A program made the position numbers and the translations under genes. A DNA stretch of 64,000 nucleotides, from the NCBI GenBank assembly GCA_010405405.1, contig MU004240.1, forward strand, positions 1,270,882 through 1,334,881, read 5' to 3'. Below, piece by piece: positions 25,882 to 35,329 of this stretch. Numbering within the stretch: the first letter of the stretch is position 1; each line of letters begins with the position of its first letter. Below the pieces are notes generated by a model. That model saw only the letters and a list, made by a program, of their open reading frames with translations. It was not told the origin of the DNA and did no database searches. The stretch comes from Microthyrium microscopicum. Taxonomy: Eukaryota.

Positions 25882-27527
25882 CTTGCTCAGAAAAAAGATC
25901 TAGAAGATATGGATGCAGTGCGTGACTAAGTTCTCGCCAAGCTCACTAATAGTAACTCAATGCCAATACAAAGTCAGCGTCTTAACGCTTATGTATTCGT
26001 AGCCCATATCCGATCACGGTTGGAGTAGCTCGCGACATCTGTAACTGGAACATGATGCAAGAAAAAACAAATATCTTGAAGCAATAATGTTATCTTATGA
26101 TCCCACTGCCATAGCGACATTTCATGTTTAGCGAGATAATTCTGGCGTGCTATCAACTATCAATGGCGTTGGTTATCCGGCGTTGACGAATAATCACGAA
26201 AGCTTACAAACGAATGTGATTCAATTTCATGTTTCCAGTCCCCTTCGCTCTTTAGTGGGTCTAAAAAAACATCCCGATCACGGCTTTCATAGCTACAAGT
26301 CATTGAGAGATTGAAGTAAGACTTTCCAAGCGCTGTTGAAAATCATCATGCTTCTCAGGCCTATCATCGATTGACGGACCCATGCGTGCAGACCATGTGT
26401 AAGCCACTGTTCAATTCATCAAAAAATTGGATCTAAATATACTTTGACTGTCAGATAGCGCCTGGAAATTTGATCGGTCTCAATTTCATTGTGTTGGGCG
26501 ATATTTTGGCCAGTGTTGTGAACAAAGCTTGTGATTTTCACTGCATATGGCGTACTTTATCCCAGAAATAAGATAACCAACTGAATCGATTCCTTGCCGT
26601 CTCCAGTCTTCCTAGGCCTTTATCGGTGAAACCATGATGGAGACTCATCGAAGACCAAATTGTATGAACTTGAAATTAGAAAGGGGATTGTCGGTGAATA
26701 TATATTCTAGGTGTGCTTTTCCCCTAATTGTGAATGTACAATCAAACTACTTGGGCGGCACCAAATTACCAAAGTTCCATTTCAATTCAGGGCAGCATGC
26801 TGATGAAAGTTGACAACCAATCCCAAGGTGCAGTTGTTCCTATAATGGAGGTACCCAAGCATGTCTTGATAACGCAATATTGAGACACAATGAGTGCCCA
26901 ACGGAGTGTATCCAACGTTGGTTAGCATCCCAATTGACGGGTGGTATACGGATGCACTCCACATTGTTAAGCTGAGACTTACCATTGGAGACCTGCAATT
27001 GGAAATAACCACGGATTTCTGAGTTATCGCGACGAATCATGCACAAATGATCAACGCAAAATGAGCTCAGTTACAGTCCTAGTACTGAATCACGACCTGA
27101 CCCATACCATGATGCGAGTTTCAAAGCCTTGGTGGGGTATATACTTCTTGTTGAAGGCGCAATTTTGCATTTAAGAGTGTCATCAAAAGCAAAGCACGCG
27201 GTAAGCTCCAGGACGACACACGAAAGGTGCAATATCTTCGAGAACCTAGATCATACACAGTAGTACTTCTGTGGCGTGTAACGGTCTAATCACACCATCT
27301 AGGTTCTTGAAAGGTAACAATATCATGACCAGTGTGAGTAGCGAGCCGCAGCACATCATTTCTGCATCTGGGACACAATTCTGGTATCTCTAGTACCAGA
27401 GTTCTCCCGTCAAGGGAGCGTTACCAAGAGACCGGGTTCAAGATATAATGCTTGTACCGTAGCCATGGAACAAAAACTTCTCTTCAAACTCAAGGTCTGA
27501 TTGTTCTATCATTTGATTTTGTTCAGT

Positions 27528-29714
27528 ATGGGGGCACCGAACTTCCCAGAAGATAAGTCGGAAAGCATCTCACAGAATTCATTCGAGAAGGTCGAAGCCA
27601 TCACACCGAAGGCAGTCCTCAATGAAGCCAGACTGGTAACTGCGAAGGGAAACATCATTATGAAAGATGGTGCAATTGTCTCTACTAGGGAATCGGAGTA
27701 TGATATCTCTAGTAATGTCTTTGCAGACCCAGAGATCAGAGCTTTCTACGAGCAAGTGTACGAAGATGCTCAATATGAGTGCAGACACGTTTTTGATGCT
27801 GATCTAACATGGTCTGAAGAGGAGGAAAGGAAATTGGTTCGGAAGCTTGATTGGCGCGGTATGGTTCCTTTCCTATCTTTGAACCCATTGCTGACCCTGA
27901 GAACAGTCTGTACATGGGCCTGCGTAATGTTCTTCAGTCTTCAAGTGGACAGAGGAAACCTAACGCAAGCCGTATCGGGAACATTTTTGAAAGACCTTCA
28001 TCTAAACACGAATGGTAAAAAGATCTCTCCTCGTCTTTACGAGACCAGCAATGACCCCTCTAGATTATAACCTTGGAAATACTGTCTTCCTCGTGTCTTT
28101 CCTCCTGGCGGAGCTCCCTTCTCAGTTAGTTTCGAAGAAAATCGGGCCAGACCGTTGGATACCGACTCAAATGGTGTTATGGTCTATTGTAGCAATCAGC
28201 CAAGCAGCTCTCAAAGGCAGACAAGGATTTCTCATCACTCGCGCCTTATTAGGTATTCTTGAGGTTTGTAATGCTGATTAAAACTTACAATCCACATGGA
28301 CGGGCCTTTGGCTAATGAGACTTTAGGGTGGCTTCATTCCCGATCTTGTTTTATGGCTGTCATACTTTTACACCAGTCGAGAACTTCCGACCAGACTGAG
28401 CTTTTTCTGGACTGCCCTGAGTGTTACCGGTATCGTCACATCGCTTCTGGCCTTTGGCATCTTTCACCTTCACAATCATCTCGGACTGGCAGGATGGAGG
28501 TGGCTTTTTCTCATTGAGGGACTGATCACCCTTGTTCTGGGTTTCGTATCCTTCTTTCGAATGCCAGCTTCAGCAGTGCAGACCAAGACCTGGTTTAGAC
28601 CAAAGGGATGGTTTACTGACCGCGAGCTCGCCATTGTGGTCAATCGGGTACTGCGCGACGATCCACGAAAGGGCATGACGATTTCCCCCTGAGCAATACG
28701 AATCCAAAGCCGGCGACTAACAGATAATAAATAGGCGATATGCATAACCGACAAGCAATCACACCAGCCCGTCTATGGGCCGCTATGAAAGATTATGATC
28801 TTTGGCCCGTCAGTACTCCAAACATCGCTACACTTACACTCTAACAACTACAAAGATCTACCTGCTCGGTCTCACCTGCTTCATACCTCAAAGTCCACCA
28901 GCTGTATACCTTACACAAACATTACGGAATCTGGGCTTCAGTACAGTATGACATTTCCCTTTCCATCTCAACTGCGCTAATTAAATGCCTCAGTTCAACA
29001 CCAACCTTTTGACCATCCCATCCAGCGTGTTCCATATCATCACTCTGCTGAGCATCACATGGATTAGTGAGAAGCTAAACTCCCGCGCCCTGGTAGCCAT
29101 GTTTCAATCTATCTGGACTCTTCCATGTATCATCGCTCTTTACGCATGGCCCGGCCTGTTGAAGCAACAGTGGGCTTCGTATATTCTACTTACTGTTTTG
29201 CTAAGTTACCCCTACTGTCATGCCATCAACGTGTAAGATTCCGAGCATGATCAATTTCTATAGGAATCGCTAATCACATCTCTAGTGGCTGGGCATCCAA
29301 GAACTCCAATAATGTCGGCTCGCGTAGTGTGTCAACTGCTCTATACAACAGTAAGTTTCGAATTTTACCCTCCATGAAGTAAGACTTACACTTGATACCA
29401 GTGTGTGTACAACTTGGAGGCATCATAGCGGCCAACATCTACCGTGACGATGATAAGCCAAGATATAAGAGAGGAAATAGGGTCTTGATCGGCATAAACT
29501 GCATGGCCATTGCTTTGTTTGTGTTTGCCAAGTTATACTATGTTGTCAAGAATAAGATTCGGGATCGAAAGTGGAATGCCATGACCCCTGAGGTGAGTTT
29601 GTTGCAGTCTCAATGCCTACATGATTCTAACTTCAAGATAAGGAACGTCTGGATTATACTCTTAACACTACAGATCAAGCAAGCAGACGTTTAGATTTCC
29701 GATTTGCGCACTGA
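27528..29714 (+). CDS. MFS transporter, allantoate/anion:cation symporter family (Dal5/Soa1-like, probable sulfonate permease); many introns
   Basis: [61 protein letters not shown], ending LDFRFAH*. Confidence 0.92.
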
Positions 29715-29854
29715 TTCGAAATGGCTTGCGTGCTTGGTGTATTGTGGGAGCGCAGTGATTACGTAGAGCTAGATTAGAGTCGCAAATAATCAGCTATCAT
29801 CTGTATCAGGTGGCTATATGATTGTTAGACTGAATCAAGCGAAAGTTTTCGAGT

Positions 29855-31943
29855 CTACCCATCCCCGTTTCTGCGACAAAAGCAGGAAGAGTTTACAGGA
29901 ACATCTGCCACAGCCAAAGCTAGCTTTAACTGAGGCTGAATTATGCTGACTTCCGCAGTCTTTCCGAGTTTCCTCAGACACTCGTAATATCCCTGTAATG
30001 CCCATACATTGTTCGGATGTCGAAGAGCTCGTGGCAATGTGTCACTGAACCCGAGATCCTCTCTGTAAACCTTTTCTGCTGCCTGCACCCGGCCTTGCTC
30101 AAGTAATAGCGCCCTAGAGAAACAAGTCAGTTTAACGCTGACACTAATGCAGTGGTTCACGGGAATGATTCGTTTCGTCCATTGACTGGGAACTTACCCG
30201 TAGGCATGCCTTACTGGCTGCATCCAGCCCCACGGTTCATCGTATGGGAGATTTCGCTCTACATCAATGGCGTCCTCCAATAATTTGAACGCCTCCTCGT
30301 AAAGCCCACGACGATACTTGATCTCGCCTTGCAGCATTGCTTTGGCAATCTTCAAAATATCTTGGCATGTGTTGTTGAAGAGCGTTCTCGACGTTGGCAC
30401 TGCTTTTGACGCCGCTTCAAATCGATGAAGATCCAGTATAGCTTCGTTTACTTTTCCCTTTGACGCATACGCAATTCCTGTATCTTGTCAGTGGCTGTAA
30501 TGACAGGCAAGCCAGGGTGAATGGATTCAGTCAGCGCCCTAGGCCGATAGATAATGCAGACACAAGGCGTAGAACAGACTAGTAACCAACCTTTTCCGTA
30601 GTGTATCATAGCTGTAGTCATACAAAACAGTTCCCTATCAGCTGGTACCTCTAGTGCAAGAATATCGTCCCATCGTCCAAATCGGACAAGGACATGTACC
30701 CGTATGGACCAAAATCCTTCCAGCCAGTCTGCCATCGGTGGTGACCTTACACGAAGGAGTTCTTCCGAAAGCACACTTTCTAGAGAAGCAGCCTAATCAC
30801 ATCTGTTATTTTGACTTTATAGATATCCGTGGAGTTTGACTTACTGTAAGGAGAGCAGTGCTGAACCTTCCACACAACATTGCAGCATATGTTTTGAAGT
30901 GCAGATTGTGGCACCGGTATAGTGTATAGAATATGGGAGACCTGTTGTTGGCAAAATACTTGTTGTCTGCGGAGATTGCATCTTGGTTCGATGAAATTGC
31001 TCTGCGATAGTCGCCGCATAGTATGTCGATGTGTGTGGGCATATGCTGTAAATGGCCGCCGTCTGGGACTAGGTTACGCAGGTTGTCTGCGGCGTTCAGT
31101 GCGGATTCGGGGGTTGGAGACATTTCTGTGGAATTGGTCAATATTGTTCTGTTCTGAATTGGGCATCCTGTCTGGAGTCTTATTAATGCAGCGAAGAGTA
31201 GGCTACATCAACGCCGTACATTCATCAGCCTATTATGAGCTGGTGCAAGTGGACAAAGTGACAGTCTGAAATCTCGGCTTCTTACCCATTAGATGGATAT
31301 ACAAATGGAGCAAACCAGGATGATATGCACCTCCAGGAAGTTTGAAAGCTTTCTCCAGTATATCCTTGATCTCCAAGGTCTTCGCTCCCTCCGCAGGTTG
31401 ACCAGTATCGATATCCCATAGATCCCAAGGGTTCTCATTCATAAGAGCGTCAGCATAAAGCGCAGCAACATCAACGTCGTCTACACAGTATTTATACGCA
31501 TGAGCCATTTTGTCGAGATATGTCCCCCCCCTGCTCTTCCCATCTTGCCGTGGATATCGTAGAAAGATGGCATCATGAAAGTGGAAATCCGGATAGATAG
31601 CATTGGCACGCAAGGGCTTGCAAGCATTTTCAGCCTTATACACCATCTCGAGGCTCTTGTTCTTGTCTTCGTCGTCAAAGGAATCCCAGCCCTTGTTGTA
31701 GTTGGGACCAACTGCATAGGCCACGCCCCAGTACGCCATCAGACACTTTGGATCGTGAGCTAGGGCTTGTTTGAAGCATTGCACCGCTTCTTCATGGTGG
31801 AAAGCGTAGGTCCATATCAGTCCTCTGTTGAACCATATTTGGGCATCGGGACTGTTCGTATTGATTGCACGGTGATAGCCACCTAGATTGTAGTACGGTC
31901 CATTGGCAGGTATTGGTGTAATAATCTCTCCGAGTACGTCCAT
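29855..31943 (-). CDS. TPR-domain protein of a conserved fungal/bacterial family
   Basis: YYNLGGYHR, AQIWFNRGL, GPNYN, HPGLLHLYIHL, HLQHMPTHI, YDEPWGWMQPVRHAYG, HPNNVWAL, SSCFCR. Introns restore the frame. Confidence 0.88.
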
Positions 31944-32336
31944 TGGATTCGTCGAACGGTTCAATCATCAACCTTCCTATCTTGCGGAAAATTATGAAGC
32001 TTTAATTGGTAACCGAAAGAGCTGTAAGATGGCACGATGGACTGATATATGGCAACTGTAAATCCTCGGCCCCACTATGTTAGCTTGCGATGAGCTCTAA
32101 ATCGCTGCTTTAGGGTCCATATTGCTGCATTGCATCGTTGCGATCACGGTTGGACACTGGACAATTCTATAAAGGCGGATGACTTGAGGATTCGATCGGC
32201 TGGAGAATTAATGGTACACTCATATCTCACTAACAATTTTACAACGTCATAATTATTTAACTTTTTTTATTCGAGACTGATGACGATAGCTTACAATTGG
32301 CCATATTCTAGGCCACCCAGTCATATGGAAGCTCAT

Positions 32337-33347
32337 CTAAACATCCATAGACTCAATGCAGACACCCTTCTGCCAAGTGTACTGCATAACACGCGCAACC
32401 TCCTGCGCGGACTCGATGCTCACCAGAGCGGCGACCAGGTACAAGGTCGCGTCCATACCGGCGGTAATACCACCACTAGTAATCACACGAAGCCCACCGA
32501 GCGGCATATTTTGGCGCTTGACAAGCGACTCACGGCGGCGAGCCATGCGGAAGGCATCACTGCCCTTGCGAGCTGAGACGCTGCGCTTGCGTCCGTCTGG
32601 TCGCTTGGTATAGACGAATGGGTTGTCCACACTAAGAGAACCCAGTTCATAACGCGCATTGTTGACTACATAGCGCTCTTCCTGAACATCAGTTCCAACA
32701 CCCGAGTCATTACGGGCGGCATTCTGACACTGAATCTCGAAGCGAGCGTAGTAGTCGGGGTGTGTAGTGGCAGCTAGGCCCTGCAGGACACCGGCGGTAG
32801 CGCAAAAGAGCGAGCCGGTGCAGATGGAGAGCAGGGTGCGTTCCTTTGAAGGGTCCTTCTTCTGAAGGTTGGCCCATTCTTGGATGATGCGGATGGGTTC
32901 GGCTTGTGCGTCCACGATGGGATCAGTATTACCGCCGCAGACGACGAGAACGTCGGCTTCTTCGATCTCTTCGTAGGCGCCTTCGTAGTCCATATCGACA
33001 GTGACGGTCATGCCTTGTGAAGAAGTCACCTTGAACTCTGAATTGTTTGGGCCGATGGTTTTGCAGACGAAGGCTTTGGAACCTAGGTCATTGTCAGCAT
33101 ACATTTTGGCGACGGGAATGCCATTGGAAATTGTGAGTACCTTTCTTGTTGGCGGCATCATGAGCAGCATTGGTGAGAATCTCCAAAGGACCAGTATAGT
33201 CAACCTGAAAGTGAGCAAGCAATGTCAGCTTCGAAACATAGCTGCGATGACCAAAGCGGGGAAGCTTACGGTGTCAAAGCCCGGATGAAGGGCGAAGAGG
33301 ACCTTGACGATCTGTGGTTTGGCGTCACTGTCGACGATTGCACTCAT
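32337..33347 (-). CDS. DJ-1/PfpI (ThiJ) family protein; 3 exons
   Basis: VLFALHPGFDT|VDYTGPLEIL, VLVVCGG, LSICTGS (catalytic Cys), ATTH, ITSGGITAGMD. Confidence 0.88.
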
Positions 33348-33894
33348 TGTAACGGTTTAGGATGGAATTGCGATGGAAATTGAAGGTTTCAATTGAGTTG
33401 TGAATGGAGTTTAACGATGGATGGGGAATTGAAGAAAGAGCAATGGATGAAGCTCCCAGGAAGGTTGGCAACAAATAAAGAGTTGACAAGTTCCCCTCTT
33501 GATCCCCGTGTGATCTTTCCTAATTGGGCCATGTTCACGCGACGATAGTTACCCCACAGCGCTACTTTAGTGCTACCCCAGCTTTAGGCGGGAGGGCGAA
33601 CCATTGACGTAACTTCCATGTACCTCTCAGCCTCCCATTTATGTACCTGACTACTTCTCTTCCCGCAACAAATTAATTGCCGCAACCTGTCAAGGACGGC
33701 CTCCAATATCACAAAGCTTCAAATAATAGAAATAGTCGGAAAGAGCAAGCTTCGACTTCTATAGCATCAACAAATTGTCCAATTCCTTTGCTTTCTATGA
33801 AAATAGCACCCACAGTATCGATTTACCAAAGCGTACATAGAAAACGCCATTTATGTTGTCCACGCGGCGCCTTTAACCCTTTAACCACCTGTTC

Positions 33895-34368
33895 CTACGC
33901 CCCAATGCAAGCATCTAATGGACCCAGATCACTTGAGCATTTAACATGACACTCAGGCACTTGAACATTTTCCGAACAAACAATTGTCTCTCCACTGCCA
34001 ATTTTGGCCCATACTCCTGCCGCAAAGTCATAACTCTGACCCTTTTCCCATACGATTCTCCACCTTCGATCGTCGAATGTAATCCCATCAACGTCAATTT
34101 TGTCGTGTGTATAGCCTCCAACGCTCGCATGTGCACTGACATATGTCTGCTTGCACGGCACCATTTTCTTTTCCTTCCAGCCAATGCTTCCATCACCGCC
34201 ATTCCAGTTGTAGATGTGGCATAGGTCGGTTCCAGAAGGGTCGAAATCACCCCATTTGGCACGCCAGCGTGTGTTGTTTTCGACTCTTCCGCATGGAGGG
34301 GCTTTACATTTACTGGCCACAGCAAAGCCTGCAATAGAGCAAATAGAGAGAATTGAAGTGAGCTTCAT
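33895..34368 (-). CDS. Small secreted Cys-rich protein (157 aa), effector-like, intronless
   Basis: Signal peptide MKLTSILSICSIAGFAVA, 8 Cys in the mature part, TATAAA about 95 bp upstream. Confidence 0.8.
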   Translation of the reverse strand: MKLTSILSICSIAGFAVASKCKAPPCGRVENNTRWRAKWGDFDPSGTDLCHIYNWNGGDGSIGWKEKKMVPCKQTYVSAHASVGGYTHDKIDVDGITFDDRRWRIVWEKGQSYDFAAGVWAKIGSGETIVCSENVQVPECHVKCSSDLGPLDACIGA

Positions 34369-34845
34369 AGTAAGGCTTGATGTTCAAGTTTGTTGAAATA
34401 GTGCTTTGCGTTGAATAGTTTTGTTTATTTTTCAACTGGAGCTTTGAGGGTAGCCTGCCTCTATCTCTTTTATACACACTCTGGATACTGATATTCCTGG
34501 AATAGAACACCACATGATGTTATTTTAAGATTGAGACCTTCAATTTACAAGTGCTTCCTGCCAAGAGAGAATACGTTCTGGTAGCCATGGAATTTCACGA
34601 TCAACACGAGAGATAATTCCAACTGAAATAGACTAGCCAATGACAGCTGCCGAAAGCTCAGCCTTGTGCTGCAAGCACCTATTAATCAGGTATTGTTCCT
34701 TGCTTCCACACAATGCCAAGGAGATTAAAATATCTCCCGTATCCTTGTTTGTCAGTGTTCTAGATCTTGGTTCGACTACCGTAAGTTTCTCGCGATCTTC
34801 TAAACTGAAGAGTGTCGTTCGCTAGAGAAACTGATGGAGACCTAC

Positions 34846-35058
34846 CAACGGGTTGGCAAAATAAATGGCGCCCTCCCATGAGCCTTGTTGGCTCTCAGCC
34901 GCTACGCTCTTTTATCGAGTGCTTTATTTGCCATAGAGGATGTTCAGATTCGAATAATTTATCGGATACAATGGGAAATATAGCATCTTTTGCTTAAGAG
35001 CGTTGGTGGCAGCCATCAGATTTGATAGGGGAACGCCATTTATTTTGCCATGCCGTTG
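34846..35058. mobile_element. 213-bp foldback / MITE-like element
   Basis: Terminal inverted arms match 23/25 with a perfect 17-bp core TGGCAAAATAAATGGCG. Pairing continues inward. ACCTA flanks both sides. Confidence 0.55.
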
Positions 35059-35075
35059 ACCTATGGTGCTAGCCA

Positions 35076-35198
35076 TTCTCGCGCTAGTCATTTTCGCGCT
35101 AGTGCGTCGCTAAACTCGGCATGCCGGACTGCTAGCTCATCGGCCCGAAGCCCCCATCGCGAGCTCCTAATCTGGAATCAATGTAAACATTAAACAAA
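35076..35198 (+). promoter_or_regulatory. Candidate cell-cycle elements (SCB-like TTTCGCG and forkhead GTAAACA)
   Basis: TTTCGCG at 35092 plus a variant TTCTCGCG in a 15-bp duplication, and GTAAACA at 35183, upstream of an SPB-like gene. Confidence 0.35.
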
Positions 35199-35329
35199 GC
35201 AACCCCTCGCGTCTTCAACAAACTACCCATTACAACCTTTTGCCCTTACCTTTTGACCTCGGATCATTTGAACAACAATTTCTTTTCATCGCTACGAAAC
35301 CCTGAAATAAATCCATGAATTGATTCATC

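Noticed and set aside
25882..27527. CYS-3/MetR sites in the sulfonate promoter
   Set aside because: Only partial matches to ATGRYRYCAT were found.
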